This document shows, one piece after another, positions 1-9,337 of a stretch of 55,265 nt of DNA (position 1 is the stretch's first letter; the number at the start of each line of letters is the position of its first letter). The notes below the pieces were generated by a model. It was not told the origin of the DNA, ran no database searches, and saw nothing but the letters and a program-made list of their open reading frames with translations. Origin of the DNA: Promethearchaeota archaeon Loki_b31 (GTDB lineage Archaea; Asgardarchaeota; Lokiarchaeia; Sigyniarchaeales; SOKP01); assembly GCA_005222975.1 (NCBI GenBank), contig NJBI01000017.1, positions 1 to 55,265 of the forward strand, written 5' to 3'. The translations under genes were made by a program, and so were the position numbers.

Positions 1-121
1 CTACTAATATTTCATTAAAAAACAAATGCTTTTGTATCTTCTCTCTTCTGTTCTTAAATACATAGATGAAAGTTATAATTGAATAACCAATAAAAATCAA
101 AGAGGTTGGTAAATAGTACAT
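1..121 (-). CDS. 5' part of a membrane protein running off the window (possibly a paralog of 214..1320)
   Basis: ATG at 119-121 reads MYYLPTSLIFIGYSIITFIYVFKNRREKIQKHLFFNEILV, open to the window edge; hydrophobic N-terminus. Confidence 0.5.
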   Translation of the reverse strand, partial: MYYLPTSLIFIGYSIITFIYVFKNRREKIQKHLFFNEILV

Positions 122-213
122 TTTTAATCATTAAAGTCGAATAATTTAAATATTTTTACTTATTGTGTGAATTAATTAATCAGAAACCGTCCCGAAACTT
201 CTTTTCAAGGTCT

Positions 214-1320
214 TCAAATCCAAGTCAGAATAATTGTATAATAATCGAAATTAAAAAAAAACCTAATAAACAAATAGAAAAGGCTACTTCCAATAGGGAT
301 TAATAAATTATCGGATATATCAATTGGCTTATTAGTGAAAATATCAAAAAGTAAGAACGCAAAAGTAAAAATAAACGCCCAATAAAATCCAACAAAAAGA
401 AAGCATATTATAAAACATGCGATTATTCCGGCTATTGAACCTTGCCAAGATTTTTCTTTATTCCATCTAATTTTATTTTTCCCGAATCGTATTCCCACTT
501 GGCTCGTTGCTAAATCTGCAATAGAACTTATTCCTAAAATCGTTAAAAAAACCATAGGTGGAGTAAGTAAGGCAGCAACCATCTGACCAATTGCAAAATA
601 GAGATAGGTACCATAACCATTTTTCTCTTCTTCATTGAGTAAAATATTGCTGAGAAAGTTAAAGGGAAAAGCAAAGAATCTAACTTTTCGGGTTAATTCA
701 TTTGCTAAAATAATCAAGCAAAAACCATAGAAAAAGAAAAATATTAGGTAATAAAACCAACCTAAAGAAAATAAAACCTCACTAATACTATTTGGCTCGC
801 TCAATATTTTTAAGAACAAGCGAAACATATTGTTATCATCCGGAATCATCCCACTAATTGAGCCTGAAAGGTTTCTCACAAAATCAACACCTAAATACCA
901 TACCACAAACAAACCTACAAAAATTAAAACATGAGGGATTTTTCTGTATGTATCTCCCCTAAGTTTACTTCTCTTATTTGTCTTTTCCTCTAACGAATTC
1001 CAAAATTTCGATAAATCTTTGTTTTTAAAAACAAGCTTAAAAAAAAATAAAATACCCGTCGATATCAAAATTATCGCACCAATTATAAGCAAGGGGAGCC
1101 CTAACGCAAGAGAGAAGATTGGTATTGTATCTGAATAAAGCGTTACGTCTTGAAACATTAGTAATTCTATAATTATAATTATAGTAAAAGTCAAAAATAA
1201 GGCGCCAAAACCAAAAAAATTGCTAAAAACTTCCTTTTTATATGAAAAATGCATATAACAAAATAATACAAGAAAATAAGAAATTGAAATTAAGATAAAC
1301 CAATATAAAAAATCTGCCAT
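214..1320 (-). CDS. Polytopic membrane protein, CTP-dependent dolichol/phytol/diacylglycerol kinase (CTP_transf_1-like) family
   Basis: RKIPH motif, SIADLATSQVGIRFG, KSWQGSIAG and ISDNLLIP, typical of the Dgk1/Sec59/VTE5 family; many TM segments. Confidence 0.75.
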   Translation of the reverse strand: MADFLYWFILISISYFLVLFCYMHFSYKKEVFSNFFGFGALFLTFTIIIIIELLMFQDVTLYSDTIPIFSLALGLPLLIIGAIILISTGILFFFKLVFKNKDLSKFWNSLEEKTNKRSKLRGDTYRKIPHVLIFVGLFVVWYLGVDFVRNLSGSISGMIPDDNNMFRLFLKILSEPNSISEVLFSLGWFYYLIFFFFYGFCLIILANELTRKVRFFAFPFNFLSNILLNEEEKNGYGTYLYFAIGQMVAALLTPPMVFLTILGISSIADLATSQVGIRFGKNKIRWNKEKSWQGSIAGIIACFIICFLFVGFYWAFIFTFAFLLFDIFTNKPIDISDNLLIPIGSSLFYLFIRFFFNFDYYTIILTWI

Positions 1321-1404
1321 ATTTATTTCAAATTTAATAAATTAATTCCTAATATTAAATATAGGAGTTTTATTCTTTAATTAAGGTTATCTACATCAGT
1401 AAAA

Positions 1405-2007
1405 ATGAAAAAAATTATACTCGCATCAAAGTCTATCGATCGAAAAAAAACTTTCAACCGTTTAAACATTCCGTTTGAAACTATAATTACGGATATAGAC
1501 GAAGCATATTACAAAGGCATATTTTCAAATCCAGTTGAATTAGTTAAAGAAATAGCTAAAGCTAAGGCATTAAGAGCTAAAGATTTGTTAAAAAATAAAA
1601 AAATGGAAGCGATAATAATTGCTGCTGATACAATTGTGGAATTTAAGGGTAAAATCATAGGCAAAGCGAAAAATAAAGCTCAAGCATTTCAAATATTGAA
1701 ATCTTTAATAAATCGTTCTCATAACCTAATTACAGGCGTGGCAATAACGGAGTTAAACGACCCAAAAGTCGTGGTTGATTACGATTGTACTATCGTTACT
1801 TTTTTAGATATTTCTGATAATGAAATTCGGAATTACATTAATACCGAGGAATGGAAAGGTAGAGCGGGCGCATATTCCATTAGAGATCGGGCAAGCTTAT
1901 TTATCAAGGAAATTCGAGGGTCCCCCTCAAATGTTATAGGTTTGCCAATGCAAAAAATATTTGAAATTTTAAAAAAAGATTTTAGCTTGAATTTATTTGA
2001 TACTTAG
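1405..2007 (+). CDS. maf: Maf-family nucleoside triphosphate pyrophosphatase
   Basis: IILASKS..R, AADTIV, GRAGAYSI, SNVIGLP motifs. Confidence 0.9.
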   Translation: MKKIILASKSIDRKKTFNRLNIPFETIITDIDEAYYKGIFSNPVELVKEIAKAKALRAKDLLKNKKMEAIIIAADTIVEFKGKIIGKAKNKAQAFQILKSLINRSHNLITGVAITELNDPKVVVDYDCTIVTFLDISDNEIRNYINTEEWKGRAGAYSIRDRASLFIKEIRGSPSNVIGLPMQKIFEILKKDFSLNLFDT

Positions 2008-2044
2008 TTAAATTCGGGATGGATATAATAAAAAGATATACTTC

Positions 2045-2215
2045 TTAATTTTCTGAAATTTCTTTCCACATTTTTAAATTTTCATAGAATTTTAGCATTC
2101 TCTCAAGTCTACTAATCATTTCTTCATAGTAGTCACGATCAGCGTACTGATTTTTAACCAATTTCTCGGCTAAAGCTAAACTGTTTTTATATTGTAGTAT
2201 TTTATCCTCAATCAC
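2045..2215 (-). CDS. Small hypothetical helical protein (56 aa, below the ORF-track cutoff)
   Basis: GTG..TAA frame MIEDKILQYKNSLALAEKLVKNQYADRDYYEEMISRLERMLKFYENLKMWKEISEN fills the intergenic gap. Confidence 0.5.
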   Translation of the reverse strand: MIEDKILQYKNSLALAEKLVKNQYADRDYYEEMISRLERMLKFYENLKMWKEISEN

Positions 2216-2419
2216 ATAGTTTTTTCGAATGGCTTTTTATTTAAAACAAAAAAATATCTGTATATTATCACGGTAGTTTTGAATCTAAAAAAATAATGAA
2301 TAAATATCAAAAATCTACCTTAAATTAACGTAATTGATATTTTTGAAATGAAAATATTAAATGCTTTTATAGATTAATTTCTTTATAAAAAAATTACTAC
2401 TTTAAAAAATGATGTAAAA

Positions 2420-2764
2420 ATGACTAAACACTACAAAAATGAAGAAATAATGAAAATTTTAACGGTACTAGGAGCAATAGTAGGACTGGTATATATTATT
2501 AATGGTTTTGCTGGCTTAGCTGGAATGGGTTTTTTACCCATCATAGTCAACATCCAGCTTCTAGATGTAATAATCAGTTTAATTATTGGACTCATAATTG
2601 TTATTCTAACATTTCTAGTAGCTTTAAAACCAAATCAACCACTTCCGTTTCATTGGCTTGTATTAATAATCCTTGCGATATTGCTGGTGATTTTTAGTGC
2701 GGGAATTTGGGCTTGTGTACTTGTATTAATCGCTGCCATTATTGGTTTGATTGAAGAATTATAA
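2420..2764 (+). CDS. Small hydrophobic membrane protein
   Basis: 114 aa, about 4 TM-like segments. Confidence 0.7.
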   Translation: MTKHYKNEEIMKILTVLGAIVGLVYIINGFAGLAGMGFLPIIVNIQLLDVIISLIIGLIIVILTFLVALKPNQPLPFHWLVLIILAILLVIFSAGIWACVLVLIAAIIGLIEEL

Positions 2765-2804
2765 TTCCAAAACTAAACTCGAAAAATTTTTATTTTTTTC
2801 AAAA

Positions 2805-3674
2805 CTAGACTTTAGTATTTTCCAAAAAGTAGGATACGATTTCTTCTGCCAAATTGATTTCAGTCACTTTTTGAAGTGCTGTAAATCCTGGAATGGAATT
2901 TACTTCCAAAACTAATAAACCTTTTTCGCTTTCAACGATATCAACACCGGCAATTTCGGTTTTTGTAATTTTTGCTGCTTTTATTGCTAGAGTTTTTAAC
3001 TCTTCTGTGAGTTCTAATGGCTCCATTCTTGCGCCTGCATGAATATTAGTTTTCCAGTTATCACTTACTCTATACATTCCGGCTATAGCTTTATCACCTA
3101 AAACTAAAATTCGGATGTCTCGATTAAAATGTTCGATAAATTCTTGGAGATAAAATATTTCGTTTAATTGGCTTAAAGTATATATAACATTCTCTGCAAA
3201 GCCTTTATCGTTTATTCTGGTAATACCAACGCCTTTCGAACCATATAACGGTTTTAGTACAATATCCCCTCCAAGTTCCTCAAACGCCTCTATAGCGTCG
3301 TTGGGATTTTCGCAAATAATCGTTTTTGGAGTTGGAATTTTATACCTTTCTAAATAAATTGAAGTAAGAAATTTATCACTCGCTATTTCTAAGGATTCTC
3401 TTGAATTTATTAATTTAATTCCATATTCTTCAATTGCGCTTAACAAATCAAGCCTAAAAAATATTTTTTGAGTTGGAGCAGCCCCAAACCCTCTTACAAG
3501 AGCCGCAAATGGATCAAGTTCTTCAAATTGTTCTTGAAAATGACTTATTTTAATCTTTACTTTTATTGTTGATGGAACGAAATATTTAACATTATATCCT
3601 CTTTTTTCAAATTCTTTAGATAAAATTTGAACTTCAGGATCTTCCGGCTTTGGAGTAATTATCATAGAATACAC
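2805..3674 (-). CDS. RimK-family ATP-grasp alpha-L-glutamate ligase (MptN/CofF-like)
   Basis: VLKPLYGSKGVG, YLQEFI, DIR, WKTNIHAG, GVDIV, LEVNSIPGF motifs. Confidence 0.85.
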   Translation of the reverse strand: MYSMIITPKPEDPEVQILSKEFEKRGYNVKYFVPSTIKVKIKISHFQEQFEELDPFAALVRGFGAAPTQKIFFRLDLLSAIEEYGIKLINSRESLEIASDKFLTSIYLERYKIPTPKTIICENPNDAIEAFEELGGDIVLKPLYGSKGVGITRINDKGFAENVIYTLSQLNEIFYLQEFIEHFNRDIRILVLGDKAIAGMYRVSDNWKTNIHAGARMEPLELTEELKTLAIKAAKITKTEIAGVDIVESEKGLLVLEVNSIPGFTALQKVTEINLAEEIVSYFLENTKV

Positions 3675-3748
3675 ATTTTATTACCTCTTAAAAAATTACT
3701 TAAATCAACTGACACTAAATAAATAAATTTAAGTTCTTATATATATAT

Positions 3749-4360
3749 ATGAAGTCAATGGATTCTAAAGACGCAGAAAACGAAACGGAAAAATTAACAA
3801 AAGTACTTTCTATTGTTCAAAATCTTTACTATAAGAAGAAGGAACAATTAGACGATTTAAAATTAGAAATCTCTGAATTACACACCGTTTTAGATTATTT
3901 AAACTCATTGATTTCAAAGCAATCGTTTTCAAGTGCAGATGAAATTTATTCGAAGCTTTTAGATCGTGAAGAGAAATCGATTGATGATTATTTTAAAAAA
4001 GATATTTCTCAGGAAGATTTTGACGGAACTAAGATTAAAAGAAAAATTTTCTCGAGTCAAAATCAGAATGAAGAAAATTTATTATGTGTGCTTAACCTCT
4101 ACGACTTTAAAAGAGTTGAGATAAAATTTATTGATCCTGAAAAAAGGGAGATACAAGAAACTTCAGAGAATTTTATTAACGTTTTTCTCAAGGGAGCGCT
4201 TATTAAAATAAAAGAAAATAACCCTAATTTGAGCATTAATTACACTTTTTTCAAAAATTCCGATAAAGTTGAATATATTCACATATCTAATTTAAGTTCA
4301 ATTGAAGACTATGATTTGATAACGGACAAAATCCGCGAATTATTAGCGTGTGAAAAATAA
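3749..4360 (+). CDS. Hypothetical protein with N-terminal coiled coil; host gene of cassette copy 1
   Basis: 203-aa ORF; its last 90 nt recur in diverged form at 7591-7680. Confidence 0.75.
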   Translation: MKSMDSKDAENETEKLTKVLSIVQNLYYKKKEQLDDLKLEISELHTVLDYLNSLISKQSFSSADEIYSKLLDREEKSIDDYFKKDISQEDFDGTKIKRKIFSSQNQNEENLLCVLNLYDFKRVEIKFIDPEKREIQETSENFINVFLKGALIKIKENNPNLSINYTFFKNSDKVEYIHISNLSSIEDYDLITDKIRELLACEK

Positions 4361-4466
4361 GCTCTTTAAGAAACGTTGAATTGATAAAGTTTTCATTGCA
4401 AAAGTCTTGTTCTTGCTCTTTGCTGGAAATAAAAATCTAAAAACTCGAACACCTCATCATTTTTTG

Positions 4467-4500
4467 TTTAAATAAAACTGTATTAATTAGGTAGTAAAAG
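4467..4500 (+). promoter_or_regulatory. Conserved cassette leader TTTAAATA-N10-AATTAGGTAGTAAAAG (TATA box plus conserved 16-mer)
   Basis: Same motif with identical spacing upstream of all three cassette copies. Confidence 0.7.
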
Positions 4501-4517
4501 ATTTAAAATAACAAATT

Positions 4518-5129
4518 ATGACGGACTATATTGAAGATCCCTATATTGAATCAGAATATGATTATATTTTTAATGATTGGTATGAAATTGAGGGCGTAAG
4601 AAAAATAAAGGAACTTTCACGCCAACTCCGAACTTTTTTCAATTATAAGGCTGAAGTAATAAGATATCTATTTCGACCCAGTCCGAATCTTGCCGAAAAT
4701 GATACAAACACTAAATTTTTCAGTCGAAAGCAAGAAATTGAATCATTAACTCGTGAATTCATAATCTTTTTAAAAAAGTTTAAGGAAAATGGACAAACAA
4801 TTGAGCAAGGGATTCAATCTCTCTTTTTTGACAATAATAAAACACCATTGAATATACTCTCAGAGATCACTGAGAAATTGTCTATGTTGCTTCACTATTT
4901 TTCAGAGGAAAGCATTTACGATCATCCTAAATTTCTCAAATTTAATGTGATATTAGCACAAAATATATGTTTGGTGAAAAAATGCCTGAATGCACAATTT
5001 AGTGAATTTTTTGAGGAACTTGAAATAAATTACAATAATTTAGAAGGAGAACTTGAACATTTCTTTGAAATAATGTTAAATGAGCAGAAAAAATCGAAAA
5101 AACAACTTGAGGAGAGATTAGCTTCATGA
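4518..5129 (+). CDS. Cassette ORF-A, conserved unknown alpha-helical protein
   Basis: End-to-end homolog of 28712..29326 and 43216..43827 (WYEIEG.RKIKELSRQLRTFFNYK, HP.FLKF, CLVKKCL); stop overlaps ORF-B start (ATGA). Confidence 0.9.
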   Translation: MTDYIEDPYIESEYDYIFNDWYEIEGVRKIKELSRQLRTFFNYKAEVIRYLFRPSPNLAENDTNTKFFSRKQEIESLTREFIIFLKKFKENGQTIEQGIQSLFFDNNKTPLNILSEITEKLSMLLHYFSEESIYDHPKFLKFNVILAQNICLVKKCLNAQFSEFFEELEINYNNLEGELEHFFEIMLNEQKKSKKQLEERLAS

Positions 5130-7546
5130 AGGCATACACCAATGTGTCGCGGAAAGTCGTGGGGGAGGATCGCATTGCTATCTGCCCGCAATTCGGTTGC
5201 GATTATATGAAGCGGGTAAAACCGCTTAAATTTGGATTTCTCGGGTTTGAGAAGTATCCTAAATGCAAGACGCATCACTTACCCTTGGTGTATGTGGATG
5301 AGAGAATTGGAGAATTCGTGGATGGAGCATTGGCGTGCTTGTTTGACAAGGCGGGGCTCCCTCCAAGTGATCTACTGGAATTGGTCGCTTCACACTACCA
5401 CGATGAATTGGATCCATTCGTTCACGGATGGGTATACTGCGTCACGACTGGAAGGGGAGCACCTATCGTGTCTCGCTACTTGGATTCGATTTCGAAAGCG
5501 TACATGAAGAACCTCAATAGAAAGCAAGTCAAGGCGATCATGAAAGATGGGAACAAAAAAGATGTAGACAAATACCAAGCTGTCAAGAAGGGATTGAAAA
5601 AAATCACCGCACAGTACACCCGCCTCCTCAAACACCTCCGAGCACATTCGGAGGTTCTTGTGGATATTAAAAATCTTAAGTCGCTCTCAAGGAAACTTCG
5701 AAATGACTTGAATGAGTGGCAAGAGGGAATCATTCGTGATTATTTAGGGAAAAAATCTCAAGATAAATCTAACAGAATGACGATCGAGGAAGTAAAATAC
5801 TATTATGACCAGATTCTTAATGTGGGCACCTGTCGAAGCTTACTTGGAATGAAGACCGAATTCAAGAAAGTAAAGATAACCGCGTTTGATCGGTTTTCGG
5901 CTTATGTGGAGTTTTTTTCTGAAGGTATTACTGAAAAATATACAAAATCTGATATTAAAGGACTTTATTTAGATATTAAAATAAATCCAATTAAAAAGGA
6001 GTCAATAAAAAAAATGAAAACGAAAGAAAAATTTGAAGGAAATAAAGATCTAAAAACAATTAAAGAATATTTAAGAAATCTTGATTGGAAGAGTTTATCT
6101 AATAATTGGGTTGTATTACTTAGAGAACACCACACTAAACCTTATGAGAAAATCCTACTTGATCCTCATAAAGATCCTTCCAATGAAAATCCTTTATGGA
6201 AACATGAGATTTGGTTGAAGCGAGTATATGCTGATGAAAAATATGATTTTTCTGATAGTCTTATTTCTCGAATTACTGGTATTTCTCGGATTACAGTCAG
6301 AAAATACCGTTTGAAATTTAATATTAGCTATTCCTACTACAACATGACTCAAAAACCAATTCTTAGTAAAGAATTGATTGAGAAAAGGGAGAAGATTCGT
6401 AATTTTAATTGGAAAATAAATACTAATTGGATGATACCTGTCGGGGGACACGGTGATTTTTTAATCCTTAACCCAAGCGAATATTGCAGTCCTGAAAACC
6501 CTTTATACAAGCATAAGGTTTGGTTAAAAAGAGTTTATGAAGATGAAGAGCTTGATTTGAATGGAGTTGAGATTGCTAAAATATGCGGTCTAAAAGATCA
6601 GAAACCTATTAGTTATTGGAGAAAAAGATTAGGGATACATAAAAAAAGAAAAGGTGTTTATATAAATACACAAGGGCAAAAGGTGGTTCTCACTCCAAAT
6701 ACCTATACACACCCTCAGCGTGGTAGAGTTCATAAACGTGCTGAACATAAACTAATCATGGAAAGATATTTAAATAAAAGTCTATCAAGACACCAATTAG
6801 AAACACATCCAGATTTGATTCAGGGATTGTTAGGAGAAGAGGTGTATTTTTATATAAAGAAGAATTGTCATGTCCACCATATCAATTATGTAGGTACAGA
6901 CAATAGAATCGAGAATCTTTGGCTATTTTCTACTAATCGCGCACATGGATTAGTGGTTAATGAGCTACATCAATGCCTTTCAATTTTGATTAAGTTACAT
7001 CAAATTTTTTTTAAGGAGGGTAAATATTTTCTAAATCAAGATTTTGATTGTCGTCGGTTAGAAAGGGATGATATTCGAGGAAACTTAAATTTTGATAGTA
7101 TAATAAGTCATTATCTCTCCCGATTTTATAATAAGAGTAGAAATTCTTTTAGTGTAGCGATGCCTGCATCCTATAAAAATCCCTTTATTTCTCTAAAAAA
7201 AGGAATGGATTATGCTTATATATATGAACATAGGTATATCATCGAACAATATTATAGGACGCTTTTAAGAAAAAATACAAAATTACCAGAGGAACATAAT
7301 GATTATAAAAAAGCTAAAGAATTCATAAATCCTCAAGGATTTTTAAAACCCGATGCTCTCGTGCACCATGTAAATTTCGATTCTCGAGATAATCGGATAT
7401 CGAATTTATATGTGTGTAATATTTCTGAACATCGGCTTTGTCATGGATCAATATACCAATCAGTCGAAAGATTACTTGATATGGGATTGATTTATTTCTG
7501 TAACGGGAAATATTTTTTGGATAACACTTTAACTATTAAAATGTGA
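5126..7546 (+). CDS. Cassette ORF-B1: conserved Zn-finger head + two HTH repeats + tandem HNH_3 homing-endonuclease-like domains
   Basis: CPQFGC..CKTH head; NPL.KH..WLKRVY twice; VHHINYVGTDNRIENL and VHHVNFDSRDNRISNL, each preceded by EH[KR].I[MI]E.Y. Confidence 0.85.
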   Translation: MKAYTNVSRKVVGEDRIAICPQFGCDYMKRVKPLKFGFLGFEKYPKCKTHHLPLVYVDERIGEFVDGALACLFDKAGLPPSDLLELVASHYHDELDPFVHGWVYCVTTGRGAPIVSRYLDSISKAYMKNLNRKQVKAIMKDGNKKDVDKYQAVKKGLKKITAQYTRLLKHLRAHSEVLVDIKNLKSLSRKLRNDLNEWQEGIIRDYLGKKSQDKSNRMTIEEVKYYYDQILNVGTCRSLLGMKTEFKKVKITAFDRFSAYVEFFSEGITEKYTKSDIKGLYLDIKINPIKKESIKKMKTKEKFEGNKDLKTIKEYLRNLDWKSLSNNWVVLLREHHTKPYEKILLDPHKDPSNENPLWKHEIWLKRVYADEKYDFSDSLISRITGISRITVRKYRLKFNISYSYYNMTQKPILSKELIEKREKIRNFNWKINTNWMIPVGGHGDFLILNPSEYCSPENPLYKHKVWLKRVYEDEELDLNGVEIAKICGLKDQKPISYWRKRLGIHKKRKGVYINTQGQKVVLTPNTYTHPQRGRVHKRAEHKLIMERYLNKSLSRHQLETHPDLIQGLLGEEVYFYIKKNCHVHHINYVGTDNRIENLWLFSTNRAHGLVVNELHQCLSILIKLHQIFFKEGKYFLNQDFDCRRLERDDIRGNLNFDSIISHYLSRFYNKSRNSFSVAMPASYKNPFISLKKGMDYAYIYEHRYIIEQYYRTLLRKNTKLPEEHNDYKKAKEFINPQGFLKPDALVHHVNFDSRDNRISNLYVCNISEHRLCHGSIYQSVERLLDMGLIYFCNGKYFLDNTLTIKM

Positions 7547-7590
7547 TTTCTTATTTCTATCATCACATTGGATTAATACTTTAATTAATC

Positions 7591-7680
7591 GAATATATTA
7601 CTATTTCTAATTTAAGCGCTATCGAAGATTACGATTTAATAACCGCATAAATACGAGAATTATTAACTCGTGAGATGTAA
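7591..7680 (+). repeat. Displaced diverged copy of the 3' end of gene 3749..4360
   Basis: Gapless 67/90 nt match to 4271-4360; reads EYITISNLSAIEDYDLITA*IRELLTREM* versus EYIHISNLSSIEDYDLITDKIRELLACEK*. Confidence 0.9.
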
Positions 7681-7860
7681 TCCAACTATAAAATGCGGAT
7701 TAGATAAAGTTTGAATAGTATGTATTATATAAAGATATTATATTGATTCATTAAAAAACAAAGAATTAATTATTAGATTTGATTGATTAATTAAAATACA
7801 AAGAATTAATTATACAGAATTTTATATTATTTTTAATTAAAAATTTGGAGCGTATGAACA

Positions 7861-8676
7861 ATGGCTAAGAAGAAAAAATTTTTGATGATGCCTATAATTC
7901 ATTCAAAGTTTAACGATAAAAATCTAGAGGATACACTCATCAATAAATCGAGAGATCTTTTAACAAAAAAAAAAGGAATCGCTCCTTCATTTATCTTTCT
8001 CTCTGGAAGTTTTTTCGATGTAAAAGGTTTTGTATACACGGGGCTTCGAGCGTGGAAGGGTGCGGTAAAGCCTTCTAGTTCTGATGAGGGCAGAAGACCC
8101 TTATTGGAAGCTACATTTGCTTCTCTTTCAGTTTATCTAAGTTCATTACTTGCCCTGCAAGCAGATTTTTACTTCGCCCATGAAGAGATCAAAGACATAT
8201 TATTAGAAAAGAAAAGGGAAGATCTATGGACTATTGTCTCAGAAAAATTGCCTTTTATTTCGCTCCCTCCAAAAGAAATGTATGGAAGCCAAGTTTCGCC
8301 AATTTCTCCCTACTTTGTAATCGAACAAGATGATGACCTCATATTAGGGGAGATATATCCATCGGCTTATTTAACAAAAGTTATCTCTTCCATTAAGACC
8401 AGATTTTTCGTGTTTTTCCAGTATCAAGGATATTCCGCTTTTGGATTTTTCGATTCTTTACCTAAACACGCTAAGTTTGGTTTTGAGGAAAAAGCGAGAG
8501 AGTTTGAAAAAGAACCTACACCAGAAAACCTACAAAAGTATGCTGTTGATGCTAAAAATTTAAAAGAAGTTCTAATCGCGCTCATCGAAGCGCATAATAA
8601 TGCGTACTTAGGACAGTATTTAATTGAGGATTACGAACTCCTATTAAATAAACTACTAGAATCGGAGGAGCTATAA
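7861..8676 (+). CDS. Hypothetical protein, coupled to the downstream small GTPase
   Basis: 271-aa ORF, 1 nt before 8678. Confidence 0.75.
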   Translation: MAKKKKFLMMPIIHSKFNDKNLEDTLINKSRDLLTKKKGIAPSFIFLSGSFFDVKGFVYTGLRAWKGAVKPSSSDEGRRPLLEATFASLSVYLSSLLALQADFYFAHEEIKDILLEKKREDLWTIVSEKLPFISLPPKEMYGSQVSPISPYFVIEQDDDLILGEIYPSAYLTKVISSIKTRFFVFFQYQGYSAFGFFDSLPKHAKFGFEEKAREFEKEPTPENLQKYAVDAKNLKEVLIALIEAHNNAYLGQYLIEDYELLLNKLLESEEL

Positions 8677-8677
8677 A

Positions 8678-9313
8678 ATGGTGAATATTGGGCTTTTAGG
8701 TGATATCTCTGTCGGAAAAACTAGTATTCTCCGCCTATTCGTAAGATATTTAAAAGTTGGTGACATAGAAAAAGTTAAAGGAGGACAAAAATGTACGGTA
8801 ATAAAAACAGATTTTTCCGGTGAAGCTACGGTTCCAGGTGGAAGTAAAGAAGATTCTCTTAATCAAAAAGAAACTAAAACAATTCATCCAAATAGAATTG
8901 TATTTAGAGAAGATAAATCAGGAAAATCACATACAATCTTCGCACCAGGAGGAGATCGGCGAAGGGCAGTTGTTAAAATGGGAATAATTACTATCTCTCG
9001 TATAGCAACTCAGATTATAGCTGTATTTTCTTTGGATCGTAAACTTGAAAGACAATTTGAATTTTTCAATGATGTTCGATTTTTTCCTGATAAAATCTCT
9101 GTTTGTATTAATAAAATTGATTTACTTAAGGGAGACAGAGATAAAAGTTTAGAAGATATTAAAAGCAAGATTAATAACTTCTTCAATAAAAGAAAAATAT
9201 CGGTTTCTGACTATTTTATAACTTGCGGTGAAACTGTTTCTAATTTTGAAGAGGTTGAGGAATACAATAACCATGTTGCCGAGATGATTTTAGAGATAAC
9301 AACATCTCGTTAA
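8678..9313 (+). CDS. Small GTPase (Ras-superfamily-like) with atypical G3
   Basis: G1 GDISVGKTS, G4 NKID, G5-like TCG; G3 reads FAPGG rather than DxxG. Confidence 0.75.
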   Translation: MVNIGLLGDISVGKTSILRLFVRYLKVGDIEKVKGGQKCTVIKTDFSGEATVPGGSKEDSLNQKETKTIHPNRIVFREDKSGKSHTIFAPGGDRRRAVVKMGIITISRIATQIIAVFSLDRKLERQFEFFNDVRFFPDKISVCINKIDLLKGDRDKSLEDIKSKINNFFNKRKISVSDYFITCGETVSNFEEVEEYNNHVAEMILEITTSR

Positions 9314-9337
9314 AACAATAAATTTATGTTTTTTCTC

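Larger units (their letters stand above)
4361..7590 (+). mobile_element. Two-gene nuclease cassette, copy 1 (boundaries approximate)
   Basis: Homologous gene pair recurs at 26106-29326 and 43216-47204; bracketed by diverged direct repeats 4271-4360 / 7591-7680. Confidence 0.7.

Noticed and set aside
5610-5910. Tyrosine-recombinase-like motif in the ORF-B head (KHLRAH...LLG...AY)
   Set aside because: Order and spacing do not match HxLRH...LLGH...Y; needs a structure search before any claim.
5030-6451. Alternative-frame and antisense ORFs inside ORF-B1 (and similar shadows in smc, livK, the HEAT gene and others)
   Set aside because: They overlap well-supported genes and show no motifs; their density follows the locally higher GC.
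4518-7546. Cassettes as polymorphic toxin-immunity pairs
   Set aside because: ORF-A stays conserved while the tails change, whereas immunity proteins co-vary with the toxin. There is no secretion signal, and the tails carry DNA-recognition repeats.
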